Assembly: GCA_031423355.1 (NCBI GenBank)
Contig: JANPFJ010000012.1
Location: 7,640-71,639, forward strand
From: Gemmatimonadaceae bacterium
Lineage (GTDB): Bacteria; Gemmatimonadota; Gemmatimonadetes; Gemmatimonadales; Gemmatimonadaceae
Length of the DNA stretch: 64,000 nt
Direction of reading: 5' to 3'
The position numbers and the translations under genes were made by a program. Shown one piece after another: positions 28,732 through 37,089 of this stretch (positions are counted from its first letter, which is position 1; each line of letters opens with the position of its first letter). The notes beneath the pieces are model-generated. The model had not been told where the DNA came from and ran no database searches. It saw only the letters and a program-made list of their open reading frames with translations.

Positions 28732-28865
28732 TCGGGTGCGTGACGTGCCCCGGCTCGCGGGGGCCCGCGTCGACGGGGGGCTCCGCGCGCCGGCGTGTGC
28801 CGGCCGCGCAGCACGGGTGCGGAGGTGGGTGAGGATCTGGTCGATCACCGCCGTCTGCGTGGCAC
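28732..28865 (-). mobile_element. IS91-family transposase relic (extreme C-terminal ~45 codons)
   Basis: TQTAVIDQILTHLRTRAARPAHAGARSPPSTRAPASRGTSRT. The nucleotides at 28737-28797 nearly duplicate 21418-21478. Confidence 0.7.
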
Positions 28866-28987
28866 CAGTGTGGTCCAGCTGTCTGACGTGGCGGCAGCGG
28901 CGGCGGCGCGGAACCCGGCGCTTTACGAATTGCTCGCACTGGTTTTTGCCGTGCGTGCCAGTATTCAGTGCGCGGGCATCGCGCCGC

Positions 28988-29329
28988 GCGCTGGCTGCGC
29001 AACCCAAGTTGTACTTCGCCGACACGGGAATCGCTGCGGCGTTTCGGCCAACGGACAGCGCACGGGTCGCCCCGGACGCCATCGGTGCGGCCCGCGAAGG
29101 GCTGGTCTATCAGCAGCTCGCGGCGTGGTGCGAGGCGGACCGCGATGCACGACTCTCGACGTGGTGCACCACCGGCGGCGTCGACGTGAATTTCGTCGTC
29201 GAAACGCCAACCGGTCTGAGCGCGGTCGAGGTGAAGGGCGGTCACACGCTACGGCGCGCTGATCGTCGTGGGCTGCCGGCGTTTCACGACGAGTTCCCTG
29301 AGGCGCGGCTGGTGGCACTGACTGACTGA
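28988..29329 (+). pseudogene. DUF4143 (AAA-ATPase-associated) C-terminal fragment
   Basis: QPKLYFADTGIAAAF...GLVYQQLAAW...GGVDVNFVVETPTGLSAVEVKGG matches the DUF4143 tail. The AAA N-terminal part is absent. Confidence 0.6.
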
Positions 29330-29609
29330 ATGACGTATCGCTGCTTCCGGCCTGACGCCGCGTCCCGAGGGGGTGGTTTGCGCACCAGCCATCGTTCCGC
29401 GCAGTGCACGAAAGTCGCGTCGGGCCAGCGCCGCGGTTGATGACCGGACTGCGCAAAGTGTGGATACTGGGTGTGATACGAGCAGGTTGGTGGCTTCCCC
29501 AATCCGTATGAACCGGTCATCGCCCCAAGCCGGAGCCGAGACGATGGCCAGCGCGCCGGACCAGACCGCGCATACGCGCACGGCCTGCCGTCGCGCTGAC
29601 GGCATTTGG

Positions 29610-30287
29610 TCAGTTGAGCGTGACGGTGAAGGCGACGGCAAGGTCTTGAATCGTGCTGGTCGCACCACTGGGTGAGACACAAACGGCTGTTCCCCCAGTC
29701 TGCGAGGCCACGCTCCAGCTGGTCGCGGAAACGCGCGTGACTAACACTTGGGAGCCGCCTGCGTTTCCGCCGAAGGACAGGCTGCTGCAGCGGGCGGCAG
29801 TACCTGCGATCCGAACGCCCATCGAGCGCAGCTCAGGTGAACCGGACGCGACCGTGCCCATGTTGGCCACATTGACACCGCCTGTGTTCGTCTGCGTGAC
29901 TCCGTCCGGATACCGGACAGAGAGCTTGCGCGGGTAGGCAGCGATGCCGAAGGATACGCACTTCCGGTCCAGGGCCCGCGAGTTGTCGAGCTGGAGGTTG
30001 CCGTCGAGATAGGTCGGGTCCAGGAAGAACACCCGGGCGGTCACGCCACAGACAGTATCCCGGTACTGACCTCCGCCCACGCCGTCGCTACTGAGGCCCG
30101 TGCCGGCGACATCGACGAAGTCGAAACGCGCCGACACAGGCCCCTGCGTTGCCGGCTTGGCCGCCACCATGATTACATCGGGTGCCGTTACCGCATCGGC
30201 CGGCGAGCAACCTGCGAGAGCGATCGCAACCAGTATGGCCAGACCGAGTGTTCCATGCCGACCAGGGATGTTCGCGCTGCGCTGCAT
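29610..30287 (-). CDS. lipoprotein, unknown function
   Basis: Starts at ATG 30285-30287, giving MQRSANIPGRHGTLGLAILVAIALAGC (lipobox). The mature part is beta-rich. Confidence 0.65.
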   Translation of the reverse strand: MQRSANIPGRHGTLGLAILVAIALAGCSPADAVTAPDVIMVAAKPATQGPVSARFDFVDVAGTGLSSDGVGGGQYRDTVCGVTARVFFLDPTYLDGNLQLDNSRALDRKCVSFGIAAYPRKLSVRYPDGVTQTNTGGVNVANMGTVASGSPELRSMGVRIAGTAARCSSLSFGGNAGGSQVLVTRVSATSWSVASQTGGTAVCVSPSGATSTIQDLAVAFTVTLN

Positions 30288-30545
30288 TGTATTCCTCTCC
30301 GAAAGTGGGTTGGGCGTCGTGCCCGTGCGCTTGCCTGGCGAAGATGCCGGGCCACACGCCGACAACGCTGACGCCCCCGTCTTCCGCAGCTCTTCCTCAG
30401 GTCTTCCCGGAGGCAAATCCAGGCTCGTGAGGCCCACTGGGTGGACTTGTTGACGACCCGGTCACAACCCGTAAGTTGTTGAAAAATTGCGTCTTGGATT
30501 GATTGTTGCGACCATGGATCCTCTCGATCGACCAGCAGGGGCGTC

Positions 30546-33173
30546 ATGATCAGATTTCAGCTGTTCGGCGTTCCCGACCTGCGCACCGACGGCGGTGCGA
30601 AGGCTTTCACCGTGCTGGCGCAAGCCAAACAGGTGGCCATGCTGGCCATTCTGTGCGTCGCGCGTGACGGCTCGATGCGGCGCGACCGGCTCCTGCCCCT
30701 GCTGTGGCCGGATCTCGACGAGTCGCGTGCGCGGAACAGCCTGAGCAAGGCGATCCACAATTGCCGTCGGGCTTTGGGGGACGGCGCAATCGGGGGACGG
30801 TTCGCGGAGGAAATTGCGCTCGACGTGTCGGCATGGTCATGCGACCTGTGGGACTTCGACGACGCCCTTGCCCGCGGCGATCGCGAAGTGGCGCTCCGCA
30901 TTGCCATGACGGGTGAGTTTCTCGACGGACTACTGGTGCCCGACAGCGCGGCGATGGAGCACTGGCTCGACGGCGAGCGAGCCCGCGTTCGGCGCAAGGC
31001 CGTCGAGTCGGCGTCAGCGTTGGCCGAGTGCGACGAGGCGAACGGCGACCTTGAGCACGCCGCCGAGTACTTGCGTGTCGCGAGCACGTTGAGTCCGCTC
31101 GACGAACGGATACTCCGGCGTCGCATTACCCTCATCGACCGCCTCGGTGACCGTGCTGGAGCGCTGGATGCCGTCGCCGAATTCAGGCTCCTGCTGCACC
31201 GCGAACTGGATGTCGACGCCTCCCCCGAGACGCTCGCGCTGGTGGAAACACTTCGGCGGCGTGAGCTGCTTCCCGCCCGCCTTGCCGTCGCGCCGCCGCC
31301 CTCACCTCCTGCGCCGCTGCCTGCGCTCCCGACAGCGACTCCGGAGCCGGCCGCCGATCGCGCTGCCGAGCTGCTCGCGGACACCATTGCGCTCGCACCC
31401 TCGAATCCATCGACGCCGAAGGCGGAAAGCAGCGTGCAGCTGCCTCCACGCCGACGGGTCCAGCTGCTGGCCGCAGCGCTGGTGTTGGCCCTGGTGCTCG
31501 GATCGGCGGTGGCGTCGCGAGCGCTACAGAAACCTGCGACCAAGGCGCCGAGCCGCGTGATCGTCGCACCGTTCGTGAACCAGACCAACGACAGCACACT
31601 GGCCGCGATCGGCGAGCTCGCCGCGGACCTGCTATCGGCAGCGCTCTCTCGCGCCGGCGTGGCGGAGGTGGCCGACACGCGCACACGAATACGCAAGGGA
31701 CTGACCGTGGCCAGTCCGGCGAACGGCGGCGATACCGACGAACTCGCCGATCGTGCCAGCCGAGCCGGATACAGCACGATCATCACCGGTCGCTACTATC
31801 TCGCGAACGGCGCGCTGATCGTCATTGCCCAGATCCGGTCGGCCGATGCGAACACCGCCGTCGTGCGCTTCGCCGAGGAGCAGGGTCCGATCACCGATCC
31901 GGTGCAGGTGTTGCGCAGGGTTGAGCAGCGGCTGATGGGCGCCTTTGCCACATTGCAGGGCGGGCGCATCGCAGCCGCGTCGACCGCATCGGCGACGGCC
32001 CCGACGTATGCGGCCTACCTCGAGTACCTCGCCGGGCTCAAGCGGTGGATTGACGGTGATGTCAAGGCTTCCGCCGCACACTTCGAGCGTGCATTCCGCC
32101 TCGATACCAGCTTCGTGTCGGTCGTCCCGTTCCTCTACGAGGCGTGGATGAGCTCGAACAGACGCGACAGTGCGGACTCGCTGTTGGCCGGGTTCGCCAC
32201 CCGACGTCATCTGCTTGCGCCGTACGATCAGGCGCAGCTCGCGTACATCACCGGATTCCACACCGGGGACCGCGAGGCGATGTACGACGCCACGCAGCAG
32301 ATGGTGCGCCTCGCGCCACAGTCGCCGGATGCCCAATGGTCGCGCGGTTTTGCCTCAGCCACCACCAACCGGTTCACGGAAGCGGTCGAGGCATTCACGG
32401 CGGCCGAAGTGGACCGCTGGTGGACGCGCGACAAACTGTTTGCCGCCATCCACTGGCAGTCCATTTCCTTGCACCTGCTTGGTCGGCATGCCGACGAACT
32501 GGCACTGGTGCGTGCCGTCACCGCGCAACACCCGTTCGAGGCTGATGCCTGCATGTACGAATTGCGAGCGCTCGCGCCGCGCGAATCGCGTACCGGAATC
32601 GAACGTGTCCTCGATGGCTGCATCCAGGCGTCGGGCGGAGCTGATACGGCGTGGCTGGCGAATGCTCGCCTGATGGTCGCGGCCGAGATGCGCACGCACG
32701 GACGCGCGAGCGAGGCGGCGCACTTTGCGACATCGGCCGTGTCGTCGTTTCGCGCCGCCCTGCTGCGTGACAGCAGCTCGCCGCCGCTTCGCGAGGGCCT
32801 CGCCACGGCGCTGATGGAGCTGGGTGAGTGGACGGCGGCGCTCGGACTGCTGGAACCGGCGGCGCGGGCACTGCCGAACAACCGCCCGCCGCGGTTCGCC
32901 GCGAACACTGCAATCGTCGCCGCGAAGCTTGGTCGCACTGCACTGGGCAACGAAATGTTCGCCAGACTCAGTGACAGCACACCGACGCTGGCATTCCACC
33001 TCCAGCGTGCCCGTGTGCTGGCGCACCGTGGCCGGCCTGACGACGCCATCGCCGAGCTACGCCTCGCGATAGCCAAGGGCCTCGCCGCGACGGAATTGTT
33101 TCACGCCAATTTCGGCCTCGAGCCATTGCGTCAATACCCAGCGTACGACGCGCTCGTCAGGCCGCGGCCGTAG
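30546..33173 (+). CDS. SARP/BTAD-family transcriptional regulator with a TM segment and a TPR-like C-terminal region
   Basis: The N-terminus is an OmpR/PhoB-type winged helix (FQLFGVPDLR...LLWPDLDESRARNSLSKAI) followed by a BTAD (FLDGL...HWLDGERARV). A Pro/Ala linker and a hydrophobic span lie at about aa 310-330. Confidence 0.8.
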   Translation: MIRFQLFGVPDLRTDGGAKAFTVLAQAKQVAMLAILCVARDGSMRRDRLLPLLWPDLDESRARNSLSKAIHNCRRALGDGAIGGRFAEEIALDVSAWSCDLWDFDDALARGDREVALRIAMTGEFLDGLLVPDSAAMEHWLDGERARVRRKAVESASALAECDEANGDLEHAAEYLRVASTLSPLDERILRRRITLIDRLGDRAGALDAVAEFRLLLHRELDVDASPETLALVETLRRRELLPARLAVAPPPSPPAPLPALPTATPEPAADRAAELLADTIALAPSNPSTPKAESSVQLPPRRRVQLLAAALVLALVLGSAVASRALQKPATKAPSRVIVAPFVNQTNDSTLAAIGELAADLLSAALSRAGVAEVADTRTRIRKGLTVASPANGGDTDELADRASRAGYSTIITGRYYLANGALIVIAQIRSADANTAVVRFAEEQGPITDPVQVLRRVEQRLMGAFATLQGGRIAAASTASATAPTYAAYLEYLAGLKRWIDGDVKASAAHFERAFRLDTSFVSVVPFLYEAWMSSNRRDSADSLLAGFATRRHLLAPYDQAQLAYITGFHTGDREAMYDATQQMVRLAPQSPDAQWSRGFASATTNRFTEAVEAFTAAEVDRWWTRDKLFAAIHWQSISLHLLGRHADELALVRAVTAQHPFEADACMYELRALAPRESRTGIERVLDGCIQASGGADTAWLANARLMVAAEMRTHGRASEAAHFATSAVSSFRAALLRDSSSPPLREGLATALMELGEWTAALGLLEPAARALPNNRPPRFAANTAIVAAKLGRTALGNEMFARLSDSTPTLAFHLQRARVLAHRGRPDDAIAELRLAIAKGLAATELFHANFGLEPLRQYPAYDALVRPRP

Positions 33174-33311
33174 CGCTGGTGGCGCCGTACCAGTGGCCAC
33201 GCGCGGATGTCGATTCGCGCTGTGCCGGTATCCCCGTTGTGAATTCATCCTCGCCACGGAGCGCCGGATTTGCGCTCGTGCGCCCCCGTCTCACGCTTCA
33301 TACGGTCATGC

Positions 33312-33479
33312 ATGGACACCATTTCCGTCCATGAACTGCGCAACAACGGTGGCCGCGTCCTTCAACGCGTCTTTCAACGCGTCCTTCAACGCGTCGCCGG
33401 CGGCGAGACGCTCACGATCACCACGGATGGCCACCCCATCGCCGAACGACGGCAATTCGGTAGTCACGCGCGCTGCTGA
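33312..33479 (+). CDS. orphan Phd/YefM-like antitoxin carrying a 12-bp x3 in-frame repeat
   Basis: MDTISVHELRNNGGRVLQRVFQRVLQRVAGGETLTITTDGHPIAE. The repeat gcgtc(c/t)ttcaac x3 lies at 33355-33390. No intact toxin lies downstream. Confidence 0.5.
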   Translation: MDTISVHELRNNGGRVLQRVFQRVLQRVAGGETLTITTDGHPIAERRQFGSHARC

Positions 33480-33817
33480 TGTCCTTCCCGATGAGGTACG
33501 TGGCAACAAGACCGCGATGCCCTCCGGCGCTCCCGGTGCCGCGATCGACGCGCTGGATGCGGTGCCATTCGTCTTCCACGCGGCACGACGGCGCCGGAAC
33601 GCAGCCCAGGTGCTGCAAGCCGACGGTGACACGCTCGGCGCGGCGCGTGAACTTGGCGTGCGCTTGCCGTCGCGCCCCGGCGCGGACTGGGCACGGCCGG
33701 CAGGATTGACGCTGAGCTGGGCAATCGGCGAGGCCCGCCGGCGCGAGTGACCCCCGCGCACGCCACGGCCTCCCGCGCAGCGGCGTGATCTTCCTCCGCG
33801 GACCGTCACACCCTGCC

Positions 33818-34735
33818 TCACCGCCGCTTCCGCCCGTAATTCCACACGAAGTTCACGCTCGGAAAGCAGCACGCCACGGTGCCTGCCCCCACACCGCCGA
33901 TCAGGCCGAGGTCACTCGTGAGTCGGTCGCCGATGAATCGGAAGCCGCCGCTGAGAATGCCACCCTGGTCGATGGCACCGGTATAGAACCAATTCTCAGT
34001 CACCAGTTTCACCCGGCGACTGACGCGCGTTTCTCCGCCGAGCACGAGCACCGGCGCACTGCTCAGGTCACCGCCGTCGCTTCCCCAGTTGTACCCCCAG
34101 CCCAGACCGGCGGTAAAGGCGTTGTCCCGGTTGCCCCAGGTGCCAACCCCGTACAGCAGGCCAACCGTGCCGGCCTCCACGTCGTCGGTCAGCCGTAAAC
34201 TGAGCGCGCCGATCGCATACGCAGCCCGCTCGCTCTCGGAAATCGTGTACTTCGGCGCCAGGTAGAAGGCGCGACCGATTACACCCGGCACGATCGGGGT
34301 GCCGCCGGCGATGGTGAAGCGATCGGTGACGCCGTAGGCGACGAACGGCAAGACGACGTAATACATCGAGACGTACCCTTCACCCTTGCCCAGCGAGCGT
34401 CCCGTCGACGTGAAGAGCAGGCGCGTCCCATTCGGATCTTCCGCCCAGAATTCATTGCCGACCAGCCGCCCGCGCGTGCGGGCGATCGAGCTGACCTGCT
34501 CGCGCCGGATGTCGATCTCGAGGCCGCCGACGGTCCGCACACGCAGGCGAGCGGGGTCCTCGGACAGGATGCGTCCGAACAGGACCGACCCGTCACGCAG
34601 CCGGATGATCTTCAGGGTGTCCTGCGTCACGGTGTCGCGCTGGCCGACTGGCGTCGAGTCCTGCGCCTGCGCCGTGAGTGGCGCAACGGTGAGCAGGAGG
34701 ACCGCGAGGGTCACCAGGGAACGGTGGTATGACAT
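33818..34735 (-). CDS. secreted or outer-membrane protein, unknown function
   Basis: Starts at ATG 34733-34735, giving MSYHRSLVTLAVLLLTVAPLTAQAQ. The C-terminal half is Gly/aromatic-rich and beta-barrel-like. Confidence 0.65.
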   Translation of the reverse strand: MSYHRSLVTLAVLLLTVAPLTAQAQDSTPVGQRDTVTQDTLKIIRLRDGSVLFGRILSEDPARLRVRTVGGLEIDIRREQVSSIARTRGRLVGNEFWAEDPNGTRLLFTSTGRSLGKGEGYVSMYYVVLPFVAYGVTDRFTIAGGTPIVPGVIGRAFYLAPKYTISESERAAYAIGALSLRLTDDVEAGTVGLLYGVGTWGNRDNAFTAGLGWGYNWGSDGGDLSSAPVLVLGGETRVSRRVKLVTENWFYTGAIDQGGILSGGFRFIGDRLTSDLGLIGGVGAGTVACCFPSVNFVWNYGRKRR

Positions 34736-34950
34736 GGGGCGTCGGGGAAAGAGTGAGTGCTGCGTGGGGTGCGACGCGGAACTGCTCGCGCTTCCATTCT
34801 CGAGTGCACGTGGCCGAACGCTTTCGTCAACTGTACCCGAGCGCGAGTCGTGACGGGAACTGGGCGACGCCCGACGCCGGGTGATGGTGGGTCGCGTGCG
34901 CACAACTTCCGCGCCAGGCCATGATCGCGCCACCCCGATCAGCCATCCAT

Positions 34951-35106
34951 ACGTCAGATGACGTAGACGAGCGTCGTGTCGAACCGCAGACGGCGCGCGC
35001 GATGGCGACCCGCTCGCACCAGCAAATCGTCCCCGGTTGATCGGCGCTGAAAATCGGCGGGACTTGCCGTCGACTCGCGATGCGCCGCGACTACGTCATC
35101 TGACGT
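34951..35106. repeat. 156-bp segment bounded by perfect 16-bp inverted repeats (ACGTCAGATGACGTAG / CTACGTCATCTGACGT)
   Basis: The two arms, at 34951-34966 and 35091-35106, are exact reverse complements. Each arm is itself near-palindromic (ACGTCA-nn-TGACGT). Confidence 0.8.
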
Positions 35107-35279
35107 ATCGCCGGACTGACACACGTATGCGAGACTCAAGGCAAGCCAGATCCGCACCGGCACTGGCATAGACCAGCACCCAGCGCCCTCCGCGCGGCGC
35201 CCACCTCCGGCCCCCGCGCCACTGATGTTCCGACCTGCCCCGGCGCTCGCTGGCCTTTCTTCCACTTTCAGGACTCGAG

Positions 35280-35942
35280 ATGTCGAACCGTATCTCGCAC
35301 CGCGTGACGTCTGGCCTGCGGTTCGTCCTGTTCGCCACCACGGTCCCGGCGTGCATGAGCTGGAAGCACACCGAACTGGCTCCTGTACCCGACTCGGCCA
35401 GCGCACCCGCAAGGCCGGTGCGCGTCGTCATGCACGCCGGACACAAGATCACGCTCCGCGACGCGCGGGTGCGGAACGATACGTTGCACGCCGTGCGCAG
35501 GAGCCGCGACAGCGACACGCTCGGGAGCAGCATGGCGATCCCGATGTCGCAGCCCTCCGTGCGCCACACCGCGTGCGCTCTTCACTGCCTTGTCCTTGCG
35601 GTGCTGACGACCGCGTGCACGACGCGGCAGCACACCGAGCTCACACCCGTCTCGGCGACGGTGGCAGGATCAGGAAGAATCGCCGAGACTGCAACAATGA
35701 GCGAGGTGCGCGTCCTGATGCGCGACGGGAAGGTGATGACGCTGCAGAGCGCCCGCCTTGCGCTGCGCGACGACACGCTGCACGCCGTCGTCATGAACAA
35801 CGACGCCGGCGCACCAGCAAAAACCATCAGCATGCCGATGGGGGAGGTCGCTGACGTGCAGACGCCACAGCGCAATCGAAACAGGTCGCTCGGGATGTTG
35901 TTCATGGCCCTGACCGTCGCCGGAATGTTTGCCGAGTTTTGA
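35280..35942 (+). CDS. two fused copies of a small lipoprotein module (paralogous to 36030..36446)
   Basis: Module 1 is ...FATTVPAC-MSWKHTELAPV...VRVVMHAGHKITLRDARVRNDTLHAV...MAIPM. Module 2 is ...LAVLTTAC-TTRQHTELTPV...VRVLMRDGKVMTLQSARLALRDDTLHAV...ISMPMGEVADV followed by a C-terminal TM. There is no stop between the modules. Confidence 0.6.
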   Translation: MSNRISHRVTSGLRFVLFATTVPACMSWKHTELAPVPDSASAPARPVRVVMHAGHKITLRDARVRNDTLHAVRRSRDSDTLGSSMAIPMSQPSVRHTACALHCLVLAVLTTACTTRQHTELTPVSATVAGSGRIAETATMSEVRVLMRDGKVMTLQSARLALRDDTLHAVVMNNDAGAPAKTISMPMGEVADVQTPQRNRNRSLGMLFMALTVAGMFAEF

Positions 35943-36029
35943 GGGATATCGCGGCGCACTCTCGCACGACGTCACTCGCGTTCTCCCCCGCTCACGCCAT
36001 CTGCGTCACTTGCAGCCCCTGGAGTTTCC

Positions 36030-36446
36030 ATGTCGCCCCTCTTTTCGCATCGAAGCGCGTCCGCCCTGCTCTACGCCGTCAGCGCCACACTCTGTACTGG
36101 CTGCATGTCGTGGCAGCGCATCGAAGTCGCACCGATGTCGGCGTCCGCTGTGGCATCGGGTGACGTGTCCGACATCAAACCGGCTCGGGTGGTGCGCGTC
36201 GCGATGCGCAGCGGCTCGGTGATGACACTGCAGAACGCACGCATGCTCCTCCGGAACGACACCCTGCAGGCCGTGCTCACGACCAGTGCCGGCGGCGCAC
36301 CGGTACGGACCATCGCGGTGCCGTTCGCGGACGTTGCAGACATACGCACGAGGAAGCTCAGCGTGGACCGGTCGATTGGGGCATTTCTGCTGGGCTCGGG
36401 CGCTTTCATCTGGCTCTTCACTTTCCTCCCACCGCCACCAGGCTGA
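36030..36446 (+). CDS. small lipoprotein with a C-terminal TM anchor (third paralogous module)
   Basis: LYAVSATLCTGC-MSWQRIEVAPM...VRVAMRSGSVMTLQNARMLLRNDTLQAV...IAVPFADVADI followed by a hydrophobic tail. Confidence 0.65.
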   Translation: MSPLFSHRSASALLYAVSATLCTGCMSWQRIEVAPMSASAVASGDVSDIKPARVVRVAMRSGSVMTLQNARMLLRNDTLQAVLTTSAGGAPVRTIAVPFADVADIRTRKLSVDRSIGAFLLGSGAFIWLFTFLPPPPG

Positions 36447-36512
36447 CTGTACGGCAGCGCACAACCTTCGCGGCAGTGTCCAGCGCCGCGTCCGCACGAT
36501 GCCACGGATCAA

Positions 36513-36559
36513 ATCGGTGACAATGCACTCAATTCATGAAACGAAGTGCACTGTCACCG
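36513..36559. repeat. hairpin built from the CGGTGACA(A/G)TGCACT motif
   Basis: atcggtgacaatgcact (36513-36529), then a 14-15-nt loop, then agtgcactgtcaccg (36545-36559). Same motif as at 14891-14946, 67 nt downstream of a CDS. Confidence 0.7.
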
Positions 36560-36720
36560 CAACTCCTCAGAGGGGACAGCGTCAGCCTGTTCGACGCACA
36601 CAACGCTCCGTGCCCGGGAGTGAACGTCGAGTCCTGCGACTGATCATCAGGCTGCGGAACGGTCTCGTGTGGCGATGTGACGTCGAACCGGACGATCGTC
36701 AGCGTTCGGCGTTGGTGGTC

Positions 36721-36985
36721 TGCACCACCGCCGCATTCCGCTACAGCCCCGCCGGTTTCGCCCGCTTCATCGGCGACTAGCGGCACGCCGCGCTGAATTG
36801 CTCCGCATCCAGCGCCAGGATATCCCGCGCCAGTGTCACCGCGTCTTTCCCGGCGCTCAAGTCCCGCGCCTGAAACGGCGAATCGTCCGCCAACGCCCGC
36901 GAGAACTTCACATTCCACGGACACACACTCTGGGAGATGTGTCGGTATACCCGTTTTGAGGTCGTGCTCTCGACCGGTGGCCTCA
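36721..36985 (-). repeat. QueG-like dispersed repeat, long copy 3 (degenerate, contains stops)
   Basis: The minus strand reads ..RPPVESTTSKRVYRHISQSVCPWNVKFSRALADDSPFQARDLSAGKDAVTLARDILALDAEQFSAACR*SPMKRAKPAGL*RNAAVV. It directly abuts the IS91 transposase relic. Confidence 0.85.
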
Positions 36986-37089
36986 CTCTTGGAAAGGCAA
37001 GCGTTTGTCCTTCAGCGAAGCGGCCGGCGCCACGTGGCTCTTGCGTCGGCATCGCCCGTCGCGCAACGAAACGGTGACGGGCCGCGCCC

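Noticed and set aside
33479-33750. ORF 33479..33709 or the 33193..33750 frame as the toxin partner (PIN or ParE) of the Phd-like antitoxin.
   Set aside because: The translations are Arg/Pro-rich or show only vague PIN-tail-like strings. None of the conserved acidic residues can be placed.
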